Source: Phoronis australis | Lineage: Eukaryota; Animalia; Phoronida | DNA length: 64,000 bases | Direction: 5' to 3' | Assembly (NCBI GenBank): GCA_002633005.1 | Contig: NMRA01000055.1 | Coordinates: 1,189,429-1,253,428, forward strand | Part shown: piece after piece, positions 12,649 to 24,781 of the stretch | Position numbering within the stretch: the first letter of the stretch is position 1 | Layout: the number at the start of each line of letters is the position of its first letter | Notes under the pieces: generated by a model | Database searches by the model: none | What the model was told of the DNA's origin: nothing | The model's input: only the letters and a program-made list of their open reading frames with translations | Made by a program: the position numbers and the translations under genes

Positions 12649-14377
12649 CTGTAAGAATAAAGCAACATGTAACAATTAGTTATCCATGAACCAACTTGCT
12701 GTACCGTGTCATTCCAATGGAGTTGCTCAAGGTAAGACCACAAAATGACACAACATGAACTGTCACCCTGAGGGTGCAGATTGATCCCAGAGCACAAAAT
12801 ATTATTTTTTTCACTAAAGGTGATAGTTAATTTCTTCCGAAGTTTGACCTCAGATTGAAGGTGCAATGGCACAAACTTCATGACAAACATTTATATTGTT
12901 ATCAACAGTTCATTGACATTCTTGGTATTTTTGTGTTACCATTCATACATGGAAAGACAGCAAAACAACACTGGACATGCAGCCACAAAGACAGACAAAC
13001 AGACAGACCGACAGAAACACAGGCAGAGGGCAGAGATACTTTGTATCATGGTTATTTTTGTGAGTCAAGTGTCTTTGGAGAGACGTGCTGGAGGATTCAA
13101 ATTTAAAGTTAGCACTACCAGTAACTTATACTTGGCCAATTTTGATGATTCAAATCAAATTCTGGATGTTCATTTTCTTAGAAGACTGATACACCCAGCA
13201 GAAATACAAAAAGATAGAAACAATGTATAAGTATAGCCAGGAAAGGTTATAACTTGAACAACAACACGCAAAGAGGAGTCTCACGCTTAGCAGGATTGCT
13301 GCCACTTTCACAATAAAAACTGCATTTAACTTTGAGGTTGAGAATCTGGCGCCCCTATACGTGCCTCAGCTTGGTTTTCAAGTTCTCGATATTCACCCTA
13401 TTGTGACAGCAGTTTGAGCAAATCCACAAACTACAAATCATCATGCATTTCACATTGATTATCCCGAGCAACATATTGCACTTGTCTAGTTTCAATTAAA
13501 TGGTACAAAACAGAAAAAAAATTCTCCATAGGCATTTTTGATGCTAGCCTACACAAAACATAGATCTAGCTGGCAGGCTAAGTCTCATTTAACCTTGATA
13601 TAAATCCGTAAATATTGTTTGAGTCTTGAAGTTTGAAGCCAGGGGCTATGATGTCATACCATCTGCAGCACGCAGTGTTAAAAATGGAGAGTTTCTGATT
13701 TTGAGAACTGAATGAGGGATTGCTTGAAGAACAGTTTGATAGCAGGAGTACGCTTATTTCACCACTCACTGAACGGCTTTTTCCAGGAACAAAGAGAGCG
13801 CGGTGCCCGAGCCAGCCACAGTTGCCATGACAGCATTGTGCGGTGAGAGCGAGATCCTGCTGAATTAAGTGTAATTACCCGACCATAAACAGTTTATGGC
13901 ATAAACTGTAGTAAACAACTCTGCCTGCTAGCTATTATCTGTCCACTTCATTAGCTCAGATCTACCTCAATACAAGGGCGTGCTGAATAGGCATCCTAAA
14001 TGCTGTCTGGAGCTTAGGGAATCTGAGCTGTGACCAGTGTAAGCGAGAAATTCTCCACATGTTGGAAGGAATTAATTACATCGACAGTCTCCTAAGGTGT
14101 CCCTCTATGCGCAAAAGGTATTTATAACATGACTTTGATGTTTTAGTAAGTGTGATGCATAATTCATCAAAAAATTCCAGCGTATGAAGGTCCAATAGGA
14201 GCTACACCATCTCTAGACATCTATAGAGACGGTGGTCACTATCTATCCTCTCGATGTATCAGCAATGGCAAGTCGGAGGCAAACTGTCAGTTACTAGGGC
14301 TAGCTAATTTAAGCCCTGTTCACAAACAGAACCCATAACACCATTCCTTAACAAGAAGAATGCATCTCTCAAATCAC

Positions 14378-14533
14378 CTTATAATACGGGAATCCTAACT
14401 CCTCTATCCAATTGGCCACTTCGTCCACTGTCCAGAAAATGCAACTAGACACGCGATCGTCCTTAAAATCACCGTGTACATTGGTGCTTGACCTGCTGAG
14501 ACTAAGTTTAGAATCGTTACTTGATTTCGACAT
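14378..14533 (-). CDS. SAMD15: SAMD15 exon 1 (start; SAM domain N-terminus); spliced product 160 aa
   Basis: MSKSSNDSKLSLSRSSTNVHGDFKDDRVSSCIFWTVDEVANWIEELGFPYYK|gtgatt, a classic SAM start WxxxxVxxWIxxLGFPxY. All four exons join in frame. Confidence 0.92.
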
Positions 14534-15042
14534 ATTTAGGGGTTGTCACAGCAACAAATTTCAATCTGCCAACAGTTAAAGATCGGAGAGAAAACCGAAA
14601 ACAAGTAATAATCCCCTTGCAACAGGTGATTGCTACTGGGCAGCCATATTGAAACAAGTTGATTCCTTGGCAACTTCACGTTGGGCGGAAGTGCGTCATG
14701 GTAATTTGCGGGACTTCCCCAAGGGATTTCCGTGACTAGCCGTCTGGCCTGTGTAGCACTTATTTGCCGTGAGCTGCTTTAATTCAGCAAGTCCTGTCTC
14801 TGTTGACCAAATCACATGGAATAAACACACTTTCCGAGCGGAGATTTATGACAAGAAATTGGTCAAGTTGAACAAAACCGCTTTGTGAAGTCGTTGCGAA
14901 CGTGGGACTCTGCGGACTGAGGCTGATCCCGGCGATCGCCGCCCGGGACGCCGGAGGTCAACTAGATAATGAAAGTGTTCCGTCGTCGTTGCCTCTGACT
15001 ATGATTTAGACAACTTCAGGACCGCAGCCGGAGAAAGCAATC
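14534..15042. promoter_or_regulatory. Putative bidirectional promoter between SAMD15 and TIR gene A, with X-box, ETS and kB-like motifs
   Basis: GTTGTCACAGCAAC (14542-14555) and GATTCCTTGGCAAC (14661-14674) are X-box-like. GGCGGAAGTG (14684-14693) is ETS-like. GGGACTTCCC (14710-14719) and GGGATTTCC (14723-14731) are kB-like. CpG-rich relative to flanks. Confidence 0.6.
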
Positions 15043-15469
15043 ATGTGTAACTCTATTGGAATACTGTATCACGACTCAGACTCGGCACTTGTAACACAAA
15101 TAGTCGACATTCTTGAAGGACCATTTTTTACACAGTGCTTTTTCGCCGGTCGTGACATGGTAAAAGCCGATTCCATGACGTATGTCTTCGATTTCTTGGA
15201 GTACATTTTAAGTAAGTGTAGAAAGTTCGTCATCGTGCTTTCAGACAATTTCTTCTCGTCTCGCGAAACAAGACTTGACTTGATGTCCTTCTTTATTCGT
15301 TTCGACCAAGGAAACTGCAAGGTGTCCTTCATAACGGTCAACGGTAAGCCTAACATACCGTACCGAAGGTTGCTTGCGATGGAGAAGAGTAAAACGGCAA
15401 AATTCATCAACTCCATCGAATATGAAGAATATCTTTCTCTGGTCAAAGCTATCAACAGAGCACTATCAG
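15043..15469 (+). CDS. TIR-ZU5-UPA protein A, exon 1 (TIR domain)
   Basis: In-frame TAG at 15007 precedes the ATG. TIR motifs IGILYHDSD, CFFAGRD, KCRKFVIVLSDNFFSS...DL. Donor G|gtcagt, phase 1. Confidence 0.88.
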
Positions 15470-16173
15470 GTCAGTATTGCACAATTTTTAATTACATCGA
15501 ATCGTCTTGTCAGTTATGATGAATCTAACCAACTTCCACGAAGCCGTAAGTTTTCTATAGTGAGCTGCGATGATCTGATCACAGTTGTGGAAATCAGAAT
15601 TAAACGCGACTGGATGAGGAATATCACCGCGTTAAGGCCCGGCCTGGAGTGCCCCAGCCGCTGTAATAGGCCATTGACGGGGGAAAGTGTCGTCGTAAGA
15701 TTATTATAGTAAGACGCATTATTATATTAGTTAAGAGTCCCACTACGAGTCCAGAAGTCATACGCACAAGTGCCTGGTCGCACAGCCACGTGAAAAGAGC
15801 ACTAGTGTGAGTCGTGGTATTGATTGCCAGGTTTGGCCCTCGATCTTCAAAGGCGTGCCGTGTGCCACGGGTATTTTATGGTTAGCATTTACACTATTCA
15901 TGGATTTCCATTCACAACGCCACTTTTGAGGTACTAATGAAGAAATATGAAAATCCTAATATAAGGCACACGTGACTCTGGTCTCCACGCAGTTAATGTA
16001 CGGCGTCAGTGAAATGCTGACAATTATACTGGTCCAATTATACTGGTCCAATTAGATTTAGCAGATGAATGAAAATTTAGGCTCTCTCAGAATTAATTAT
16101 GTCTTTCATCATAGTTTCCAGCCACCAATTTAAAGGTATTTTGCCAGCTACGACTTGAAATAACTAGTCATTC

Positions 16174-16425
16174 ATGCGCGCACCCAGGGGGGGGGGCTCG
16201 GGGGAGTGGGGTTCAAAGGAGCCCGCCATTGGGAAAAGTGGGCAAAAAGGTCCGCCTGCGAGAAATAAAGTCCGAGAAAATGAGACAAAAGTCCACTAAA
16301 CAAGCACAAAACGCTCACAGAGGTGCGCGGGTTTTTTATTTTTTTTAGTCTGCCGGCTATTGTGTTACCAAAAAGTTCCACAACGTTAGAAATTCGAGCC
16401 CCCTATAAGGCCTGGGAGCGCGCAT
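16174..16425. mobile_element. Short interspersed MITE family with CATGCGCGCACCCAG-type TIRs (other copies ~28849-29092, ~30760-31012, ~37125-37370)
   Basis: Shared TIR and internal gaagtgggc...aaggtccgcc...gagaaa motif across copies. Confidence 0.7.
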
Positions 16426-16545
16426 GTCCTTCCAAAGCGCCTATTTTACCATAGTTTTTTTGCCTCAGAATCTGCCGAGGCAACTGCCCTGGCTGCCCCC
16501 CATTGATAATATTGCCCTAGTCGATTACATCTCTGCGTAAAATTA

Positions 16546-16833
16546 TCGTTGGCCAAATAACTGAACGTTACGCACGTAAATAGTAAATACGTGCGTGAAT
16601 TAATTCTTGCTAGTGGCGTAAATTAATTATGAACGGCTTCAATTAATTATTTGCGACGCAAATTATTGAAATTTTAAATAAGTAAATTAAATCTTGTTAG
16701 TGGCGGAAATAATTCTTATTAGTGGTGTAAATTAATTATTTTCGGCGAAAATTAACTTTTAACGGAGTAAATTAATTCTTTGCGGCGAAAATTAATTATT
16801 TACGTGCGTAACGTACACAACTTTGGCCAACGA
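16546..16833. mobile_element. MITE with TIR TCGTTGGCCAAA, TA TSD and internal ~21-bp AATTAATT repeats
   Basis: ta|tcgttggccaaa...tttggccaacga|ta, plus an inner inverted pair cgttacgcacgtaaata / tatttacgtgcgtaacg. Confidence 0.8.
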
Positions 16834-17506
16834 TATGAAAGCAGCCCTGGTATCTTCTTGTACACCCTTTTTGCTTACTTTACCACCTGAGTCTTTCGCG
16901 CCAAAGGTCAAACCGCTTTTTTAATTTCTTCATTACACTCTTTCTTGACGTCATTCTTAATTGCTGTCGCATTGCATACAGCGCCGATCCAATTTCGATT
17001 ATCTTTGAGGTGCCCTTATGCCAGCAACTACGAGCAGTAGACAAACTGGTTTAGTAAGGAAAATAAACGAGGAGTTGCACCAATTACACTCGTCATATCG
17101 ACGAGTACATGTAGTTGCTGAGAGTTCCAGAAATTAGCGTTGCATGCAGACTTACAAATCGCTGTATGCCGGACAGACCTTAATGGCGAAGGCAACCTTT
17201 TTTCATATCATTTTCAGCAAAAATAGGGTTCGTTGATTATCCCAGACATATTTTTCACTTATTTACAGCTTTTCGTAATTTAATTAATTACTCGTCCTCT
17301 ACTCCGGAAGTGATGTTTTAGGAGGCAAGAATTTCGCGCCAATTTCTTTTCATACAGTCAGACTGTACCCCTGTTACATGTACGTTCAGCTAACGACCAT
17401 GCCAGTAATAATCGATGACCTTTTTACACATGGGTTCATAAACCCACCAGAGGTGTGCTTTTACCTGTGCACTGTGGTTACTAATTGACCCTATTCCTTG
17501 ATTCAG

Positions 17507-17602
17507 ACGAAGCTGGCAGAATCTCCGAATTTCCGTTAAACAAATACAAGTTTGTATTCGGTAGCTGCAAAGATGGAGATGTTCATGAAGGTGGCCCTAC
17601 TG
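17507..17602 (+). CDS. TIR-ZU5-UPA protein A, exon 2
   Basis: ttgattcag|AC...G|gtgagt; DEAGRISEFPLNKYKFVFGSCKDGDVHEGGPT, homologous to 34798-34890. Confidence 0.85.
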
Positions 17603-18531
17603 GTGAGTCGTTGCAAATGGCTGATATTGGTGTGTCTTTTCTAACGATAGCTCATTTGCGGGCGAGAACTCTTCGATTCGTGCGAGACAATTTTAATTGT
17701 TTTCCGAAATCTTGAACATGTTTCACGTGAACTCAGTTTTTGTGGAATTATTATCTGTGTTGTATCAAACAGAATTTTTCCTAAAAATTACACAAAAACC
17801 GCAAATGTGGTCTTTCGTTGAATTTTGCCAATTTTTAAAGTTATTTCGAACACTAGAAAAATAGCTAAAGTTGGCTTATTTAGAACACCGTATCTCGGAA
17901 ATGGCTGCTCGGTTTCATTTGAAACTTTCAGATATTTTGGTTTCTGCAATGTTCTCCTAAACGCTCAAAATTTGAATTTTGTATGAGACGCTTTTAAACA
18001 TTAGGACTTTTGTGCTTTTATGAAAAAAAATTAATAGTTGGACAAAACAAAAGCCGATAATATAGAAAGTGGTAACAGTTTTTAAGATTTTATCTTGAAC
18101 ATTTAAATCGGACAAACTGTGGTCATTATATTGGTACCATTGTTAGCTATGAATAGCCACCGACCTCGATTTCAAAGAATGTTTGGCAGACAGCGAAGGG
18201 GTTTCATGATTTGTAATAAAGTCACAACAACGCTAATTATTTTGTTTTTCACAACTCTGGCCAAAACCGATAACTACAAGCAATAATCATGGCCAGTTCC
18301 TTCTAAATTCTGAAATCACGTTCATGTACAAGGCGGGTTCATAGACATTTAAATAGTTTTAAGAAGAATTTTGTGATATGCAATTTTTGTTTTGGTCCTT
18401 CGTGTCACGCGTGGTTGCCAGAGCGCGAGAACATTTGATTGAAGTTTTGCTTAGATGTAGTTGCATTTTCTTCATCCAAGAACTGTTCGAACGTTGAAAA
18501 TGACCTGAGAATATGTTTTTTCCCAATGTAG

Positions 18532-18665
18532 TCTCCGATCCACACGTGGTTTTGGACGTTCAGAACACTGTAGTGACCTTCAAAGCTGGCTTCAAGAAAG
18601 CCATATTGGGCGAAGGTGTCCAACTTTGTTCTTCCGGCAACCATGACTTTCAGGTTGTCGTTGAG
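18532..18665 (+). CDS. TIR-ZU5-UPA protein A, exon 3 (start of ZU5-like region)
   Basis: aatgtag|TC...GAG|gtaagt; VSDPHVVLDVQNTVVTFKAGFKKAILGEGVQLCSSGNHDFQVVVE, homologous to 37512-37648. Confidence 0.85.
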
Positions 18666-21600
18666 GTAAGTGTATTTGTGTTTCTTGTCTAATTCTGTGC
18701 CACAAAAATCAACTTTTTATCTTGTTTCCGCGCTGTTTTGCACTACTCTCCACCGATACACTTGCCATTGGCGCTCTGTATATGTGGACCCGATCGAAGC
18801 AGTGTGCGTAATTTCTTCCAAAGGCAAAGTTGTCTCCCCTACGAACCTCTGTAAGGCTACTGATAATATCCGAAAGAAGCCGACCCTCTTTACTAAATGG
18901 AAGCACCCGAACACAGCAGTACTGTGAATGCTCCTACCAACAGTAGTAATTAAGCATTGCATAAAAGTTACTGTCAATATTCCTCAAAATTCACTAGTGA
19001 CAGCTAGAGAGTGCCTAATGAGAACCAACACCCTGCTTTGTCAAGGACCTAAGCACAGGAGAAACCCGACTTCTCTATACTTAGAACGATATTGGAATTC
19101 CTGTTGGCAAACAGTTCTTTGACATGATTTATAAATGTGTGCCTTCAGTTTGAATGTGAGTTGTGACCACGTTTACGTAGCATCGCTTTTAACAGTGCCG
19201 GAGGTAATTTTTCTCCGGGTATTTTTCTTCACGGGGCCTAAATTAATGTGAAGAATTTTGAACCCATGAAAAATGACCTCCACATCCGCGAAAGCTTGTC
19301 CTGTCAGTGTTCAACGATTCCCCCGCCGTGTGGGAGTTGGGACAAGTAAATATACCCGCAACAGGTGATCTGTCAATAATGTTCGTCTGGGGGTGACCTC
19401 CTCGGGGGAGGGGGAAGAGGCTACTGGTGTGGGTTAGCCATCGAAAACTAAAACCCCCGAGACGTGGTGATCTGGGTCAGGTGGCGGTTAGACTATTCTT
19501 AAACGTATAGGACTATTGTTGACCTGGGTGTCGGATTACTCAACACCCAGCCAAGGAGCTAGGCGCCAAGGATGTGTCAACGGGGTGGGGCAAGGATAAG
19601 GGTATTGGATATGTGGGGCTTGCGGGCAAGGAATAATGTAAAGGTACGTATGTCCGCGAACAATATGTCCATAAGAACTACAGTGTATGTTCGTTAGGCG
19701 CGACAATTGTGCTCAGTGGATCGGGAGCATTTGCACTCGTGAGAGGGGAACAGCGTGCGTCTCTCACGGTGAGAGATGATTGAGTCCTGGCGCAGCAACA
19801 TGGGGACGGGCTTCATATCAAAGTAAGCGAGGGGGTGCAAGAATAGGGAACGGCGTGCGAGGGTATAGAATGGTGTTTCAGTGCAGGCTTGGAACCAAAG
19901 TGCGGGAGCAGAGATAGTCCCTGGTGGTCTCTGAGATCGAGAAACGTGTCTGATAAATTGTCAGTATAGAACTGTCAGAGAGTACGCAATCGACAACGCG
20001 GTGTGGATGGATGATTTGCATCAGAGAGATAACGTAGCGGCGTGCAGGCCAGGAATATGACGTGTAGGAGCTGGGTTGCTCTGTTTACAAACAAAGAAAA
20101 TTATGTCCATGACCACAAGGCTGAGTAGAAAAATGTGGTGCTGCCTCAATTGGATCGCAGGACTATGAATCCGGCCGTTAGAGGGTCAAGTGTGCGTGAG
20201 AGAAGAATTTTAAATTTCTCGGCTGTGCGGCGCGCGGTGTATGAGATGGAGGGATGTGGATGATGTGTGAGAGCAGAGCTTATGTCTTTGCGAGCAAAAA
20301 GGTACACAAAACGCCGAAAATGCATGGTGCTATATCGGGGGACTTCGTTCGTCATATGGCCATCACTGTTACTGCATGAGCTAGGCCTACTGCATATTAA
20401 GAGCCTTTCTGTTTTTTTTTTTTTAATTTAGGAACTTAAGTCTCCTCTCGACATTTTGTAATTGTTCTAGGTCCAAATATGGATTTTAATGAAGGTGTTT
20501 CTGCAATCAGATATCCCACTGCATAGATAGTGTCTCATACCATTCAGCTTGAATTTGACCCGCGTGGGCCGGACTACAAATGATGTAGTGCCCGTGCAGC
20601 TTCCATGCTTTTTTCCTAACAGGGAACAACGTGATACTGTTCATTTTCTCTCGTGTGTAAGAATGTGTAACCGAGCCTGTTTCTATGTAGTGTCAATGAA
20701 CTAACGTGTGAGCTTAATTTCATCCAACCGTACTTCACTACTTTTTGGACTTAGGAACCGGTGTAAACAAGGTTAGTTTGCGAATCTTCCCGCATTATTA
20801 GATGCTTATCTTTATGGTGTTTGTATATCTGTAGTCCCTTGCACGTGTGTACAATGTACGTTAAGCTGTTTATCTCTTATATGGAATATAGATCGCTTCT
20901 TTTTAAAATGTTCTTGCTTGCAGACTCTCTCAAATTGGCATGCGCAGTTGTATTAGACGCACCAACGCAGCAATAGGTGGAGTGAGATCTCAAAGGGACA
21001 TTATCGGAAGAAAAGGCAATTTTACATAAATTAGCTGCATCGCTGTTTCGAACCCATTAGCTGCGCTGTAGCAGCTGGACGGCCCTTCCAGCAATGATTC
21101 CAAATGGCGTCTTTTGGTCGTAAAATCGATAGTGGACCTTTGAGACCCACATAGCAATCGTCCTATTGAACTGTCTAAAACACTGTGACGGTTTTTAGTT
21201 TGCCTGGGATGTCATGGTACTCGTTATCCAATGGCTTTGCGGCTAGTTAATCTCTCTCCGCTTCCTGTTGTGATATTCGGCATGTCGATGTGAAACGTCC
21301 CATCTACCTCCATTTTGAGAATATACCGTTGAACTTCCGGTTGAGGGTATGTGTCAAGGTCACAAACTTGGGTGCGGGAGTAACGCTAGCACTTGCCGAG
21401 TCACGTGCAGTGAAAAGTCATGGCTTTGTTGCCATGTCAGTTTTGGAAGTGTGGCGAGAATCTTGATAGTGTGAGGTCTTGCTTTTCACCAGCAAAATCT
21501 TGAATTATCCTGCAAAACTTGTAAAAACTGTCCCCTTGCTCTTACCCTTTGCATGCCGCTGTTTCAGCTCGATTGGCGAATATTTATTTTAAGATGTTGC

Positions 21601-22485
21601 TCCATTTTTACGCTTGACCATGCATTGGGGAGCACGGACTGTGGCTGTGAGGTACAAACCCTCATATTATGGGAAGGAGTTGTACCCCAAACTTGAATAG
21701 GACGGACGAGAAATGGGAAGGCAATACCTATGACGCCAAAAGCGGTGGAACTAGATACTAATCTTCATGAGTAACATAATTCCATCGCTGACGATGTGGA
21801 CCGTTATTTTGCAGAGGCGGATCTACAGGGGGGGGGGGGGTTCAGGGGGTTTAAACCCCCCCCTCGGGACAGGATCAAAAATAAAAACTGGAAAAAAAAT
21901 CGCCAGAAAAACGAAATTAGCTACTAAAAATCCAAAAAAATCTTACACGGGAGGAGGGAAACACTCTCGCGACCTTCCTTCCCCTCGGCGCTACGCGCCT
22001 CGGATTCTCTCGAGTCCTAAACCCCCCCTTACTGAAATCGTAGATCTGCTACTGTTTTGATATTGGTAACCGCTTTGATTTCAAAAGAACTGGTATGGTT
22101 GCCGATTTTGATGTCATGCTAGTGTAATTAATCAAAACCCCATCCTTCACATCTCTTGTCTTTCTCATTTCTGACTCGTCCTTCCCGTCCACAGTGTATG
22201 CTTCACGCTGCATGATGAAGCCTTATTTAGCCATCCGTGGTGCTAGGTTTAAGTGACATGCTCCGTTGTTTCGACCTTCCCCAATGGTGCCGCAACACAC
22301 CTGTCCTTGCATTGCTCTGTACAACACGAAGCTGTAATTCTTGTTAAATATAGCCTCAGTTTTCCTCAGGTGCCTTATACACTTTTGCGGTTCTTAATGG
22401 CGAGTTGTGTAGCATTACTTTGTACGCGACTGGTACCAAGAATTTTAATAAAGAAAAGGCCTTAGCATTTCATTTCTTTTGCCAG

Positions 22486-22823
22486 AGAATGTACTTGTCA
22501 GCGGAAGTCATGAAGTCTGTCACAGATTCCAACCCAGCATTCGCTCCCCTGATTTCCAGCGTGACGCCGTTGTACTTTTTTTCTGTGAACCCGGCAAGAA
22601 ATGCAGAAAATGGCTCCAGTAGTAAGCTCGACCATCCGGAGTTGCAAGCCCAGCTGCAGCTGTGGTCTCTGCGAGATTCTAAGGCATCCAGAAACTATCG
22701 AGTTATGTTCTCCGAGTCTGTCAATTTTTTTGGTGGAAATTGGTGCGATGCAACGGACAGATCTCTGTGTACTTTGAATGGAAAAGCAGCGTGCTTTGAA
22801 CTGGTCCTCAACAAGTATGGCGT
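22486..22823 (+). CDS. TIR-ZU5-UPA protein A, exon 4 (ZU5-like)
   Basis: ttttgccag|AGA...GT|gtaagt; RMYLSAEVMKSVTDSNPAFAPLISSVTP...YRVMFSESVNFFGGNWCDATDRSLCTLNGKAACFELVLNKYG, resembling the second ankyrin ZU5. Confidence 0.85.
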
Positions 22824-23546
22824 GTAAGTTCACAATGGCACCAATTGTTTGGCTTCGTCAGTTCCGCCGAGTCAACCAGCTAAGAGGTTTTCGCCTGCGT
22901 TCGGCAACGCTAGGATATCGCTAAAAGACGTGATTTTGGCTAGATTTTAGCGAGGTCCTAGCGAAGGTCATAGTGTTACTGAACTCAATCGACAACGTTT
23001 TGTGGGCCTAAGTCGTTATTGAGAACCAATCAAAGGGCTTAGCCCTTTGACTCGGCGTGTCACGCGAAGTACTGTACCGCATTCAAGTGCACCAACTGTA
23101 CAAAACTTTGAAATGTCTCATGCGCAAATTATTTACTCGAATGGACTTAGTTGTATTGAACTTAAATTCCCGATCATAATGCTAGCCTGCTTACTAAAGT
23201 TTTGTTTGTGAAATTGGAAAGCTCCAGTGCAAAATATACCCAAATCTCACTTGCTTTACGTTTATAAGCCTTAGGTGTCAATGTGAAAGATTCACAAGAA
23301 TTCCGAGTCTGTTCATTTCAGAAACAGGTACGTCTATTTGTCGTTTTTAGCCTGCAACGTTTTAATGTGCTTAAAAGCACCGAGATCATAATGTTCCGTG
23401 GGTGACTTTAATTTTGAGGAAGTAAATCTAGGGTATAGCTTTTGGTAGTTGATTCAAACACATTCAGGTAAACTCATCTCTTTTCAATCCTAGTATTCTT
23501 AATTGGTGCTCGATATTTAACCGCAAGCTTGCAACTATTTTCCTAG

Positions 23547-23985
23547 GTATTTACTTTGCGAGGTAGACCAGTCATCCTTGGAAGACATGACCAAAGTGTC
23601 ATGTATCCTCCAGGCCATGAGCGACTATCTTTCGCAAAACTATCAGAGGTTTTCTGCCATGGTTAGCTCTGACCGGCGGAAGGTTACCTTTTGCGCCATG
23701 AGGCCGTCAAATGGCAAGTATCTCAACGCAGTGTGCACGACTGAGTCGCGGTGGCATCGGCAGGCATTCATACGAGTACCAAAATCAACCATAAGGGGTA
23801 CTTTGAATGTGATCATCGATATAGAGGCCGGCTGCAAACGTATGTGCGTTCCTGCCACGTTTGACCTGCACAAGCAAAGCGTCATTTGCAAAATTCTGTC
23901 CTTGAGGGACATTTGCCATCAAGCCAAGATTACCTGTTGTATAACGGAGAAGAAAGACGTGGTATTCGAGTTTAAGTATCAAATG
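23547..23985 (+). CDS. TIR-ZU5-UPA protein A, exon 5 (end of ZU5 plus UPA-like beta domain)
   Basis: ttcctag|G...ATG|gtatgt; VYLLCEVDQSSLEDMTKVSCILQAMSDYLSQNYQRFSAMVSSDRRKVTFCAMRP...VVFEFKYQM. Confidence 0.85.
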
Positions 23986-24286
23986 GTATGTGTGCATTTA
24001 AAATTGTTCACGATTTTATATGGTTACTTCAGCACAATAACGGATTTAGGATATCATGCTGGTTGGCACCATTTTGTCTCGTAGACAAGCACGCTTTGCA
24101 GCGCCCGAAAATGGTTGAAATACCTTTTTATAGAAGGTAGAAGGTGAAACGTGACAACTACACTACATACTAAAAACTACTTTGAAAAGGTAAAGTCTCC
24201 CTTAACCCTATATATATATGTATATGTATATACTATGGCCGTAGCTTACAGTATTACGAGGAAATGTCACCTGTTTATTTTACCAG

Positions 24287-24383
24287 GCTAGTCGCTTCTT
24301 GCGCTCACCAGAGCTAACACGGTCGTTGATGGCTTCCAGCATCTCTTGCAAAGGAGACTGCAACCAAAACAGCGAGTACGAAG
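24287..24383 (+). CDS. TIR-ZU5-UPA protein A, exon 6
   Basis: ttttaccag|GCT...G|gtgggt; ASRFLRSPELTRSLMASSISCKGDCNQNSEYE, homologous to 42415-42487. Confidence 0.8.
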
Positions 24384-24781
24384 GTGGGTACAATGATCCG
24401 CGCTCACTTGCAACAGATCAAAAGACGGGTTTGCGCGGTCGGTTTCTCTATTAAGACAGAGAAATAGATCTGAGTTGTATTAAAATTGATTGCGATGATC
24501 TCTTGGTTACAATACACATGTATGTATAGTCTACGAAAATCAACATTTGTACTAATTTCTTTAGCCGTGTTTGCAGTCAAATAAAAACGCACATTTTAGG
24601 CATAATTCCAAAAATCGCCCCGTAGGCGTGTAAACGGCATTTTATTTCAAGGAATGAAAAAGTCTATACCCCAATGTATCCCTGCAGTGTACACCTATAC
24701 TGTATTATTGTACTTTTTGTACACTTCGTACATGTAGGCCAGATGTTAATGCGGAGTATCGTATTTTATTCCTTGTTCCAG

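Noticed and set aside
15043-15519. Stand-alone 158-aa TIR protein (and 172-aa at 31386-31904) suggesting a bacterial Thoeris-like defence system
   Set aside because: Homology between the paralogs stops exactly at conserved GT donors and downstream exons join in frame; the context is an intron-containing animal genome.
17358-17506. Upstream acceptor catacag for a longer exon 2 of gene A
   Set aside because: It hits an in-frame TGA at ~17486 and has no similarity to the paralog; the acceptor at 17506 matches gene B.
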